A stretch of 56,252 bases of DNA, counting the filler, from Dugesia japonica (lineage: Eukaryota), in NCBI GenBank assembly GCA_001938525.1. It is 5 parts of 5 records of this genome, joined end to end, with 100 filler letters (N's around TTAATTAATTAA, not from the genome) between each part and the next. Parts side by side here need not be neighbours in the genome. Positions count along the whole stretch, not along the records: positions 10,377 to 21,333 come from MQRL01638202.1; positions 21,434 to 32,290 come from MQRL01634439.1; 3 more parts are not named here. The stretch is one strand, 5' to 3'. A program made the position numbers and the translations under genes. Below are positions 10,377 through 23,539 of the stretch, piece by piece. The stretch's first letter is position 1, and the number at the start of each line of letters is the position of its first letter. The notes under the pieces are model-generated. The model was not told the origin of the DNA, ran no database searches, and saw nothing but the letters and a program-made list of their open reading frames with translations.

Positions 10377-13300
10377 ATATTAATTGCAATCAATATCATT
10401 ATCATCAACATAAACCTAAGCAAACTAAAGATTATCCGTGAAATTTTCAATACTGAATAATAACTCGATTAATGTATGGTTATATTAATATGTGTATCAA
10501 TGTAATAATGATTCAAAAATCCGAAAAGTCAAAACATTTAAATAGTCTTATGAAGTATGTAAACACAAATTTTGTTTATCTGTCTGATAACGTAATAACC
10601 AAGTCTTTAGTTTTTAATAATATATTTTGTGTATCTAGTTTTCTTGTATTTGCTTATAAAAAACAGATTATGTAAAAAACATAAAGCTGATAAACAACTA
10701 CTTAAGAACCGGGCGTTATTTACGGTAAAGATAAACTTACAAATTTCTACTGTGCGAAGTTATGTAAAATCTTTGTATTATTGTTATAAAATTTGTGAAA
10801 TCTGATCTGAAAATTGTATATTCCCTTTTTAAAGGCAAAACTGGATAATTACAAACCCGTATCGTTTAACGCACCAAAACCAATGTTGTGTTTGCAAGTA
10901 ATTTCGTGTGAATCAGATGAAGGTGTTACGTTCAGTCAATGAAATTAGAGCTGGAATTTTTGTTTTGAGCTTAAAATCATACTGTAGTCTTTTATGAACT
11001 ATTTAAAATGGAAACAATCAATATTTTTCAAATAAACTGTTTAATTTCAGTCTTTAATAGATAGACACTTAAATTAAATTCTTAATAAAGTTCATCGAAA
11101 AATACCATTAATAAATGTTGCAATTTTCTTAAACTTATTTCTTCAAATTAGTAATATGATAGCTGAGTAATTAATTCAATTTTGTTATTTCATGCTGATT
11201 AATTAAACAGATGAAATCATCCATTAAAGCAAATGTGATGATTTTCTTCACAGACTATAATTTTTCATATTTCTGAAATATTAAAAGATATTAACAGATC
11301 TTAACATATTTTTTATTTGATATCATTGTAAAATATTTTTTGTCAAAGAAACTATTTTTCTATATTATTTAATCTGTTCATATAAGATGATGCTCTGTCT
11401 ACGATATTTTCAAATTTGGTACAAGTCACGGGTGACACCTATCAGCGTCTATAGCTAATTTTAACTTCAATTTCAATTCTTTTTAAAGTTTCTGTTGGAG
11501 CTTAAATTCCACTTACTAAGATTTACTAATGAAACATAAGATATAAGCTAAATGAGAATGAAAGATAATCCATTCAAAGTAATTATCAAAAAGTTGTCCT
11601 GATTTGTTTAAGTAATTTGTCTAATACCTTTAATTTAATGCTTTTCTGTTTGCGAGTTTCAAATATTATCTATACCCCACATAAACATAATAAGATAAAT
11701 ATAAACTAACTAAAAATATCAAAAGACAACTAGAAAAAAATACTAGAAACTCACTACTTTGAATATTTGCCATATATAATTAAAACAAAGTGTCTTCAAT
11801 TAAATATTGTTTTTAATTACAAACCAATGAAAAAGATAAAATTCATGTAGTTTGAGAAATTAGATGTTTTCTAATCATCCGTAGGGAAAAAATCCCAAGA
11901 GAAGTCTAAAGGTCAAATTATTAATTCTTATAAAATTTTCATTTATTAGTTACAATTAAAATTGAAGTACTAAAAACTTGATCCAATATTAAATTTTTAA
12001 TATTAAATTTTTAATTGATTTTTTTTGAAAATGTATATACACTTTTGAAATGAATGTATACACCTTTTAAATTATAATTAAGTGTGAAATTAATTAATTT
12101 AATTTATCAATTATATCACTAAAAACCCGTTTTAGTATTATAAGATCTAAACCGAATTGCTTTGACCTTATAGACAACTAAAAGCAATCATTTCATTACA
12201 ACTGATAATTAAATATTTTTCTCTGGGATGAAATAACTGCCGTTTAATTTTACCACTTTGGTTTGTGTCAATTAATTACCCTATATGAATTTGTGACAGA
12301 AAACTAGCAAAATTATTTGTTTATAAAAATATTGAAACTTAATTCAAATATGTGAATATTTCTAAATATATTCCTGAAATGAAAAAAAAATAAATGTTTG
12401 AATAAATTTATTTTCTGTTTTTTTTGGATTATTTATTTGATTTATTTTTCTTGATCATAGATAATGTCTTAAAACTTTAAATTTTTCTAATTTTTAGAGT
12501 AGATTTGTTTGCTTTTCAAACTGAGTATTAAATTTCATATTTTATTGTGAAATAAATTTAAGAAAAATAGGATTCATTAAAATTATTCTAAAGACATCGT
12601 TTATAATATTATTTTAATCGAATATTTATTAATATTATGATATGTAGCAGTATGTATCATCAGGTGGTCTTCCAGAAGTTTTCAGTGATCCGTGAAATAT
12701 ATTTAATAATTATTATATTTTTGTTAACCAACAAAACTTAACTAAACCTTAATTAAATTTTTAAATTTAATTCAAATTAATGTTATTTGTGACTTTATCA
12801 CATTAGATCAGGGGTATGCAACCTTTTGCTTATTGATGGTTGCATAACAATTTTTTTTCTTTTATAACGGCCACACGAAAAGAACGATGTTTTCAAATAA
12901 ATTAAGCCAAATTTCTCGATATCTTATAAAAATTAATTATAATACTATTTAATAAATATTTAAATACAAATAATCAAGTTTTATTATTATTGAGTTTTCA
13001 ACAACAAAGCAGTTACTCTGTGCATGTCTTGCATACCGTTTGCTGCGTCCAAACTTTTTCCTGGTCACCAAGTTTTATATCAAAATAAACATGTTAAGTA
13101 CTCTTTATAAAACTAGTTACTTGTTTCTTGTTAGGAAAACTGTTGTATTAGCCGCAAATATAGAAAAATAAATCGGGTTTTTTTGCAAGATCTTCTGGCT
13201 GAATCAATTTGATTACCTACTGAAGAAAAATATCAATTAGTCAAAAATTAGGATGTAAAGAAATCAGAATAAATTTTGCATCATGTAAATAGAAAATATC

Positions 13301-13609
13301 TATGCATATAAAAAACATCATGTGGCAATATATCACAAGCAGAACTGATTGAGCAGAACCAATGTGAATTTTGAATTCGGTACAATAAAATTTACATAAA
13401 AATTCGTTAAAAAAAACTTAGATAACATATTTGAAGTTGACCAGTATTATCTACTTCAAATTTCATCTCCACTGTAAATCAATAACAAGAAATCAATATA
13501 AATCAATTGAATTGTCTACATAAAAAATGGATTTATTAGCAAATAAAATGTTTGTTTTTTTTTTGAAAAAAATTCATTATTATTAATTAATTACATTAAC
13601 AAATTATAT

Positions 13610-14823
13610 ATTAGACTGCGTTTGTTTATTTTGTTTTTATCTCTTTATTTGGAAAAGTGTATATATAGTTATTTGAAATTGCTCATTCTCATGAAGAAAC
13701 ATGTTATCATTTTTCTCAATAACTTGATTGCACTTATATTTTAGCACTGCAAATAGAAATTCCAAGCGGTAAGAAAGTTTACTTTTGAAATTTACTTAAC
13801 TTTATCTTTTGTCGTGGTCAAAGGTTACGGAATTGACACTAGACATTTGTGCCGTGTATGGCAATAATGCCATAGCTGCGAGGAATGCTAAAAAGTGGTG
13901 TAGTAATTTCAAGCTCGTCGACAAGCTACCTTCTGATCAATACTCCCAATTTGACGAAGAACGTCTTTAGATGCTTTTAAAAGAGGCTAGCTGCCAAATA
14001 TTCAGAAAACTTGCCAAGAAGATGGTCTGCATTCATTCGACAATCCTTAGACCTCTCCATTTGACAAGGTTTGAGCAAAGAATTTTACTTTTGTTTCTTC
14101 ATAAATTTAGCAAACAAGAAAGAGAAAATCGTCTTAAAATTGCAGCACAACATCTCGCCATGCACTGAGCAATATGCAGTTATAAAGAAAGATTTCTGTA
14201 CAGAATCGTAAAAGAAGAGGAAAATGTGTATCTCTATATTAATATGAGGACGCAAAATAAGTGAATATCTAAAGCAGTCATATCTAAGCCAAGAGTAAAA
14301 TAAGGATTTTGTCGCTAGAAAACAATGATATGCGACTAGAAAGCTCTGTGCACTGAGAAATCCTTTAAAAAAGACAATTAACAAGGAATCTATTCAACTA
14401 AGAATACCCTATCACTGTAACCAAGTTATCAGGCCTCGCGACAACGCAGTGCTACACTCAGAACACTTCAACAAAATCACCCTTCAAGACCTCGAATGAT
14501 AGGTTCTTCAGCAACTACCGTACTCTTCTGACCTGGCGCCATCTGACGTTTATCTGGTCCGCTCGTTTCCCAACCAAATAAGGGGTGTAACATTCAAGAA
14601 GAAAGAGGATGTTTTAAATTTAATCAAAACTTTCTATGAGATCCGGTTGGGCGATTTCTGACGAAATGACATGAACAAATTAGTCGAGAGGTAGAAGCAA
14701 GTCTTGAACAATGATGGAGACTACATATTTGATTAATTTATTATTTGTAAATAGTAACATAATAGTTGTTTTTACTGTAAAACGTAATAATAAAAAACTG
14801 CGGAAACTTATTTACCAACCGAA
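13610..14823 (+). mobile_element. Decayed mariner element
   Basis: RDNAVLH (HDNARPH-like) and PYSSDLAPSDVYLVRS at ~14440-14565. The right TIR ...GCGGAAACTTATTTACCAACCGAA is followed by TA; the left end is degraded and approximate. Confidence 0.8.
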
Positions 14824-16079
14824 TATTTTACTGGTCTACGGTGTTTTTGAGTTGAGAAACACCGGTATATAGTATTCTATGTAAAATTCTATATGATAAA
14901 ATAGTATTTTACCAAAAAATATTTTATTTTATACCGATTTCATATTTATTTTCATTTTCTGATGAGTGAATTTATAAATTGGTTCTCTTAAGCATAGTTA
15001 GAACATGCTTTTTTATTTACCTTTTAACCAAATTGAAGTTCATTAAAGTATTATTATTACTAGTACCTTTAAAAACGTTACAAAAGCATTACGAAAATAG
15101 GTATTATGGAATAAAGAATAAATTAATATTGGTAAATAATAATTAAAAGATTTTCATGGAATACCTTCGATGTTGCAAAAATAAAGCTGAATCATATTGC
15201 GTGATATGGATATCATAAATAAAAATGTTACTAAACATAGAAATGAATATTACCATTCTATAAATAATCACAAGTTATCATAAAACCAAATCTTATAAAG
15301 TGGACTGGGCTACCAAGGTAATGGTAAATTGAACTTCATAACAGAATAATTAATAGTGGTATAATTATAAATATTAATAAATTAAATAAATATAATATTA
15401 AAGATATCAACACCTGGTTCTATGTCAAATACAAACTTATTGTGTGGTATGTTTTTCAATCTTTTCAAAAAGCGGATTCTCCGGTACATATTATTTTTAT
15501 GCCCATTTATGTTTTACATTTGAGGAATAATCTGAAAGCTAATATTTATTTTGAAGACACAATATAAGGCAAAACCTGTGTTTTACGTTTAGGACTTGAG
15601 ATACAAAATAATTACTTGTGAAAAATACGTTCCAATTAACAAAAGAACCGATCATTTTAAAATGAACACAAATTTAAAGTATTAGTTAAACCCATGTTAT
15701 ATAGAGAATTTTCTTTTCGCAAATGTTTATTTATTCTAATTCAAACAATTATTTTTTTTTAAATCAAGTTTCAGTTTATTATTTTATTTAAAAAGTAATC
15801 CAAAATTTTATATTTCATTTGTACCATTTATTTAAAGCCAATATTTAGAACTTGCAAAAAATTTCATTATATTTATTTGTATTTTTGTTTATATTTGTAT
15901 CGAGTAATTCCTACATTTAATATCTTCAACTGATAATATATATATATATTTCGAGTAATCAGACAATAGTTTTTTATTTACTACTTAAATAAATATTGCG
16001 GATTGTCTCCAAATCCACGTCTTTGATTTACAAAAGGAATTTAATATTAAACTTCAGATATAACCGGTTTATGAAGAAC

Positions 16080-16625
16080 GTATTATTTATTGCAAATTTC
16101 GATAAGAAAGTAACTGATGATCCAATATTGATAAAGGCCATTAACCCTTTTAAAGTAGATAAAAATTCAGAATTATATCGTAAAATAATTTAAAAAGGCA
16201 GAATTCATAGTAAACATGTGGAATTCGGGTGTAAAAATACATGGAATAATTATGGAAGGTGGACCAATTTTAATTAAATTTGCAAAATGAAATCAACGAT
16301 GCTGTTCGAAATTTATATGAAAATAAGATTATTAGGAAAGTCAATTCACTGTAGAATACACCTTTGCTATGTGTATAGAAGAAAGATAAAACAAGATTTA
16401 AGATTGTATTTAAATTCTAGACAGTTTAACAAAATCCCTATTGAACAAATCTTTCCGAACACAAATGTGAAGAATTATTGGATATTTTACATAGTGCACA
16501 TTCTTTTAGTTCAATTGATCTGCGAAATGCATATTATCAAGTGGAAACGAATGAAAAATCACAAGTAAGAAAAGAATTTTCAACAAATTGTAGACAGTTA
16601 TAATTGGTTTATTTAGATGATATTT
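16080..16625 (+). mobile_element. Ty3/gypsy RT fragment (copy 2), internally deleted
   Basis: Frameshifted frames read NLYENKIIRKVNS, NTPLLCV, DLRLYLNSRQFN, FSSIDLRNAYYQV and VYLDDI. Confidence 0.85.
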
Positions 16626-16699
16626 CAGAAATATCTTCGGGGTCATTAGAGAATATTTATATTGAGACTTGTGGATCATTAAGATCAATTTGGCATCAA

Positions 16700-17115
16700 G
16701 AAATATCCGGTTTCTTTTTTTTATCAGAAACTTTACTGTCAGCTTTATTCACAGTTTCCTTTTTTACTGGAACTACTGTGTTTGCTGTAACTTTTTTTCT
16801 TCAGTCTTCTGTAAAACTTTGGCAGTTTCTTTCCTCTCAACTGGTTTCGCAGAAGCATAATTTTCTTCATAATTTCCTTTTTATAATCGGCTTTCTTTGC
16901 AACTTTCTTCTTTTCATTAGAATTTTCAACAATCTTCTTAACTTTCTTTTCAGTTACTTTCTTCTCTAATTTTGGAATTGGAGCTAATTTAAAACTTACT
17001 GATGCTCCTTTTGAGTTACCCATGCAAATAAGAAAATTATAACCATTCTTAATCTTAAGATTTCACTTTGGGGTTTATTCATTCCAAAGTTCTAATTAAT
17101 CGTGCTTTGTATTAT
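16700..17115 (-). pseudogene. Histone H1-like pseudogene: end of the globular domain plus K-rich tail, frameshifted
   Basis: KGASVSFKLA resembles the H1 signature GASGSFKL. It is followed by a K/A/V-rich tail continuing across frameshifts (KKVAKKA, SAKPVERKETAK, KKVTANTVVPVKK). Confidence 0.6.
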
Positions 17116-17390
17116 ATAAATAATAATAAATGTTAGTATGAAAATCTATATTAAAGGATACTTATCAAATTTTTTAATTGATGTGTTATATTATCGTGTA
17201 TTAAAGAAACCTTCACAATTTTATCTATCTGAATTTCTTTTCGTTTTAAATAATATTATATCTGGTTTAATTTTATTTTGCTACATAATTTGTATTTTCT
17301 TTTCAGATCTTTCATTCTGTATTTTGTTTATATTTTAGTTCATAAATTTTCTTCCAATATTTTTCTTTGATATTTTCATAATTTGATATA

Positions 17391-18683
17391 CACAGTTTAT
17401 CATATAAATAACCGAAAGTTCGATTTAAATCATATATTACAAGTTTCATTTGTTTAAACTAATCTTTATTTAAATGTACATCTTTCATCTTTCAAAAGCA
17501 TCTAAAATCATTTTATACTGATAACAGGTATAAATTCTACTTGTATTTAAATAAAAGTATATATGATGCTTATGTCGTAGAATTACAATTGAAAAAATAG
17601 CAAATATTAAATTTTGTTAAAAAATCGGAAAAGAATTTATTGAGATGTTTGAATCGCTGCAAAAAGTTTATGGCAATAACTGTATGTCTCGTACACAAGT
17701 TACACGATTTAAAAATAGTCGTGACTATTTAAATGACGACGAAAGACCTGGACGTCTGGACACTGAAAATCGTCCACATTTTTTGGAAAAAGTTCGTGAA
17801 ATCATTGCTTCGGGTGGTAAAATGACTGTGAGAATGTTGGCACAAGATTTAAATACAAGTTTCTTTTCTATTTGGACAATTTTAAAACAAATATTTGTGT
17901 AAAAGAAAGGTTTGTGCCAGGTTTGTTCGGCATGCATTAAATGAAGACCAAAAAACAGCTCATGTTGAATAATGTAAAGATTTCATAAACACTGTTGAAA
18001 ACAATCCAGATTATATTGATTCTATTATAACTGGTGATGAGACATGATGCTTCAAATATGATCCACAAACCAAGCTTCAAAGTAGTGAATGGAAGTCAGT
18101 AAATGACCCAAAACCCAAAAAATGACGTTTCCAAAAATCCCAAATTAAGACAATATTGATTACTTTTTATGATTCAAAAAGCATTGTCCATGAAGAATTT
18201 GTTCCAGGAGGTCAAACTGTTAATTGGGTATATTATATAAACGTTTTCCGTCGTTTTTGGTCAAGAATTGTTTGAGTTAGGCCGGAATATCAAGAAGGAA
18301 AGCAGTTGTTTTTATTGCACAATAATGCCCAACCTCGCAAGACATAAAATTTTGTGAATTTTTGAACAAAAAGCAAATTTGTGTCATCAAAATCCACCAT
18401 ATTTGCTTGATCTATTATCATGCGACTATTTTCTATTCCCAAAACTGAAATTGCTCATGAAAGGTGTATTTTATGATTATGTTCCAGCTATTTAAGCAGC
18501 CGTCACACAAGTGCTCTAGAAAATTCTTATAAATGACTTGGGAAAATGTATGTATGCATTACCTGACCGTGTTGTATTGAATTCTATGGAACCTATTTGG
18601 AATAATTATAATCTTTCAAGGATAATATAATGTGTATTTTAGTGTATATCAATTAAGTTCGGTTATTTATATAATGAACTGTG
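17391..18683 (+). mobile_element. Full-length but inactivated mariner transposon, 1293 bp
   Basis: 26-bp TIRs CACAGTTYATYATATAAATAACCGAA (24/26) flanked by TA on both sides. The transposase relic at 17572-18605 has ITGDET*CFKYDPQTK, LHNNAQP and CDYFLFPKLK. Confidence 0.95.
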
Positions 18684-19018
18684 TATTTTGACAAAATTAA
18701 TTTTTAATTTTCATTTATTTTTTATATTAATATTTTTATTATTTTATTAGTTCAGCTAAATTTATCAATTTTCATAATTCAAAATAGATGTTCTTTTTTA
18801 AGTACTGAGGTTACTTTTATATTTAATGTATTTTTTTCAAATTTGATTTTTCTGTTTAATATTTAAACATTATGATTTGAAATTATCTGTATTGCTTCTT
18901 TCTTTAATAAACACATTTTCTATGTATTTACTTCATTATATTCGCTTTATGCTATAGTTTATTTATCTAATCTTTTACTTATATTACTTTTTTCATACGA
19001 GTTAGTTTAATATTAATA

Positions 19019-19024
19019 TTATTA

Positions 19025-19055
<31 letters not shown>

Positions 19056-19093
19056 TTATATTATTATTATTATTCATAATAATAATAATAATA
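19019..19093. repeat. (ATT)n/(AAT)n microsatellite
   Basis: Directly visible next to a gap. Confidence 0.85.
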
Positions 19094-21333
19094 NNNNNNN
19101 NNNNNNNNNNNNNNNNNNNNNNNNNNNNNNNNNNNNNNNNNNNNNNNNNNNNNNNNNNNNNNNNNNNNNNNNNNNTAAAGTCATTTAAATATAAATTAAA
19201 GTTTAAAATTATAGAAGCTGATTATCGAATTGATTTTGAAATTTTTAAAGTATCCCCAAGTGTATTAAACTAAATAAAGTCAATGATATTCTCAAAAGAC
19301 TTTTTGATGGATTGCTTTCAATAAAAGCTAACGAATTATGGCTTTTCTTAATTGTTTTTATTATTCAATGAATTGTATTCATCAAAATCTCCTTTTAATT
19401 TCCATTTCAATGATTGTATGTATTTTTATAATTACTGACCATACGTAAGATGTCAATATTAGTATTATTAGCAACTGTTGCAGTAAAAATAAAAGTTATT
19501 ATAATGAATTATTATAATAATAAAAATTATTATTGTCATTCCACCTAGGCAACTCATTTTTAAACTATATCGTAGGGTATTACCACTTAGTTAATCGCCA
19601 TGAATTATTAGATTTAGAATCACCTTTTTAGATTTTTCTAATAGAGCTGGTGACACGCAACCCATACTTCGAGTTAATGCTTGTATTTTTATGTTTCTGG
19701 TCTTTCTTTCTATACTACTCGCTTTGATTTGCTGCATCTCTTTAACCAACCTCCTCAATCCTTTAACTAGTTGAGTCTTCGTCATTATAGTTCCCATCTT
19801 CGTTGTTTTCTGCGAACGTATCCTAGACCGTAATCGTTTATCATATTATGTGTTTTTCTAAGGAAAACCTATACTATCCGTCCTATTAACAGTTTTCTAG
19901 ATATATAATGAAGTATCTAATTATGTGAATTTTGGCAACCATTATCGAATTATTAATTTAAAAGAATTATATATTGCTATGAATAATCATCAGGAATTAA
20001 ATGGATTTAATTTGAAAAAAATTATTATTACAAGTAATTATTACTAATAATTAAAAATTAAGAAAATCATTTAACTCGAAAGGTATATTAGAAATTATCA
20101 TTACAAGTTACTATTTACATTACAACTTACTAATTAAATGTATACTAAATCATGGTATGTACATGCATGTACATCATCAGGAGCAGGGGCAGCATGCATA
20201 TCAATTCATTTAGTCATCATTTAATAACTCACTAAAAAAGATCGTTGTACACTAAGCTTTAATCTCTCACCTAGTAGTGGTGTGTAACTCAAAATATTGT
20301 TTGAAAATTGATTGATTTTTATAATAATTTTATATTTTTTGTAAAGAAATATTAGATGTAGTATTCGACTCATTGAATAAATCAATGTTAATGTATATAA
20401 TTCATATATATTATTTAATTAATCATCAATTTTACTTAACCTTTTTCGAGTATTTTAAACAGTTCTAATTACCTACGAACACAATGAACACTACTTTTAT
20501 CATCATTAGGTAACCCAAATAATAACTCATTACATAATAATAAACCTAATAAAATATACTTTTATTCGTGATGTTGACATTCATGTGGAGAGCAAATTAA
20601 TTTTAATATATTCTACTCCAATACATTCAAATTGCATACAAATTTTATTAATTTATTACAATTAGATTAAAAATAATAGCAATGATATAGAAACTTCATT
20701 AAATGATTACAATTTCACAAAGTACTATATTAATTACGTTAAAGTATACATTAATATCATTAAAATATATACAAATCAACTATTTATATAAAGTTTTATA
20801 TATTTACTAAAACAGATCAAGTTCCCACAATATATTTACTACTTAAATAAGCATATCCTACTTCCATATAAATATAATCAAATTTCAATAAAATAGCGTT
20901 TCAGTTCATTACCAAATGTTCAATTTTCATTGAGTAATTCAAAATAATTAACCTTCATTAATAATAAATCAATTTCAATCAGTTAAACGCATAAATTTCT
21001 TAAGTAAGCAATAATTTCAAACTATTATAAATAAATTTCAATAAGGCAATATCAATTTTATACAAATCTCAATAAATAATAAAAATTATACATATTTCTC
21101 GTTACAGAATATGCAAACATTTATACAAACATATTTACATGAAGTTCTTAATTTACATTTAAATTTCAACAGGTAATAAACTAATTTATTTAAAAGGTAT
21201 ACAAATGTCATTAATTTAAACAGGTTACATTAAAAAGAATATTTATTTTATATAAACTTCATTAAATCATACATCAATTCCATTAAGCATTGTACTCATA
21301 TAATTAAATATGCATTAATTTTATAAAGATATG

Positions 21334-21433
21334 NNNNNNNNNNNNNNNNNNNNNNNNNNNNNNNNNNNNNNNNNNNNTTAATTAATTAANNNNNNNNNNN
21401 NNNNNNNNNNNNNNNNNNNNNNNNNNNNNNNNN
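21334..21433. other. Artificial contig-joining spacer
   Basis: N44-TTAATTAATTAA-N44. Confidence 0.95.
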
Positions 21434-21624
21434 CGACTCTTTTTTGGTGTATTAAATCATGATATGCTCAAAAAAGTAAATAGAATTTTATGGAATACTT
21501 TATTTTTCATAAAAAGTTGCATTTTTCAGATCAATTTTTTTTCGTTTACCNCATTGAAAGGGTTAATCATCAATATTATTATTATTAATATTATTGTTAT
21601 CAAATTTACTTATATAATACGTAT

Positions 21625-22760
21625 TATTGATTCATTGACGTTCACAGGGTTTTCAACTTTCATTTTATTTATGTTATATTATTGTTTTAATCATTAATGT
21701 ATCATTTCTTCATGTCCACATCTTTCTGATCTTATTTCTAAAGAGCATTTCTATTCAAGTTATTGTCAATGGTTATTAATATTGAGAGATTTTGAAATGA
21801 AATATTTTGGCATATTTTCTTCAAAATAAGTCTTGTTTTACAATTGTATGAATTATTGATTTTTTTTTCAGAATTCATTTAAAATAAAAGCTTCGATCAA
21901 CAATTTTGGTTTTTGATAACAATTTTTCTGGTGATAAAAATTTTAATCAAAAACCATAAACAAAAAATTTTGATTTTCAATAAAATATACTATTAGTCAA
22001 ATGTCTTTGTGTTATTGATAGAATTTAACTGGTGTAATAATTGGTTTATTGACATTTACAGGGTTTTCAATTTTATTTATATTATTATTGTTTAACCCTT
22101 CATTATATTTTGTAGCAAGTCTGCTACAAACCTAAATACTCATTAATAAATGCTATGCGTAATGAAACATCTAACTCTTTTATACTGTTGATGAATGGCT
22201 ACACACTTTATCTATTATATGTAGTACAAAAATTACCACTAGAGTCCCTGCACTGCATTCAATTGGTGTTTTTAGTTTGCAAGTTGACAGTTTGTTTCAC
22301 CCACATAGTGTGGGTGACAATTTAGCGTCGATAGAACCAAGTGAAAAAAAAATATTTCATTCAAATAAAAATAATTCTTTAAAACTAGGTAAGTTGTGAG
22401 ACATATTTTTTTATTTATTTTCCCCTTCTTTTATTATGCAATGGTATTCCGATGATATTTTTCTTTATTTAAAAAAAAGTCATGAAATGAAGGGTTAAAT
22501 CATTAATTTATCATTTCTCAATGTCTACATTTTCTGATCGTATTTCTAAAAAGCATTTTTATTCTAGTTATTGTCACTAGTTATTATTTATTTTGACAGA
22601 TTCTGAAATAAAATATTTTGTCTTCTTTCAAACTCATCAATCTTTATCAAAGTTTTACATTCAGACATATCTTGAGAAATGCAAGCATTATTAGATCTCT
22701 TGACGGATTCTGATGGTAAATCTTTGAGGCATATTTTCTTCAAGATAGCAAAGTCTTTTT
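21625..22760. repeat. Old diverged tandem duplication (copy A ~21625-21840, copy B ~22040-22760)
   Basis: Shared blocks CAGGGTTTTCAA, TATCATTTCT..ATGTC.ACAT.TTTCTGATC.TATTTCTAAA.AGCATTT and GGCATATTTTCTTCAA occur in the same order in both copies. Confidence 0.75.
22096..22494. mobile_element. piggyBac-type MITE, 399 bp
   Basis: TTAA on both sides (22092-22095 and 22495-22498), TIRs CCCTTCATTATAT / ATGAAATGAAGGG (11/13), and an empty paralogous site at ~21687. Confidence 0.85.
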
Positions 22761-23539
22761 CGTAATCGTCAGTTTTCGTCGAAACTTGGCTTTCAAAGTT
22801 TTCAACAATTCCGGAAATTACAGGGACTATCAAAACATAAAAATTTAATAAGATAAACTTTTTTTCTTTCTTCATTAACCTATCAACACCATCACAATTA
22901 GGGCTTTCAACTCAAGAATTCCGGGATCGGATTTATGTCTAAAAAATATTTTAAAATTATTATCAATTAGAATTTATAGTAATTTTTAAGATTTTTAAAA
23001 AAATAATGCTCGAGCATTAACTTAAATACAAAAAATCATTTGTTAGCTAAATATATTATTTTAAAGGAAGTATATTGAGCTCACAATGATGCACTTTAAA
23101 GACTACTAGAAAGCTTTATATTCTTAGTACAATTATAGTAGCTGCATACAAAAATTTGCAATTGATATGATCACAATTAAATTAACGTGTAAGAACGGAT
23201 TGGAAAAAGTCAATTTCCGAGTTTTTTACTTTTATTAATATGTACAATAAAAAATTTTGGGTTTGTTTGTTTAAAATGATAACANAAATCATATACATGT
23301 TTAAATTTTTTAAGCAGAATTTAATAAAAATATGAATAATATATTTAAATTTAAATTTCTTTCAGTCACATCAAATCACTTAGGTTTGATTTAAATCAAT
23401 AACAAAACAAACTATAAAAATTTTTAATTAATTTAAATTTGATTCATTTAAGGAAAAAAATTTCGGAAAACACAAAAAGCGTCTGATAATGCTTAAAATA
23501 ATACGTAAAATTTAATTTTAACCACAACCATTAGTTCAC

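Noticed and set aside
12660-14866. Isolated hAT-like ends (12809, ~14853-14866; also ~30260-30275 and ~42328)
   Set aside because: No matched TIR pair with a TSD could be established.
19591-19797. 68-aa basic minus-strand ORF in a GC-richer patch
   Set aside because: No recognisable motif or splice support; a database search would be needed.
20157-20180. 18-bp palindrome ATGTACATGCATGTACAT next to a minus-strand CTGATGA
   Set aside because: No GAAA follows the stem, so it is not a hammerhead, and nothing else supports a function.
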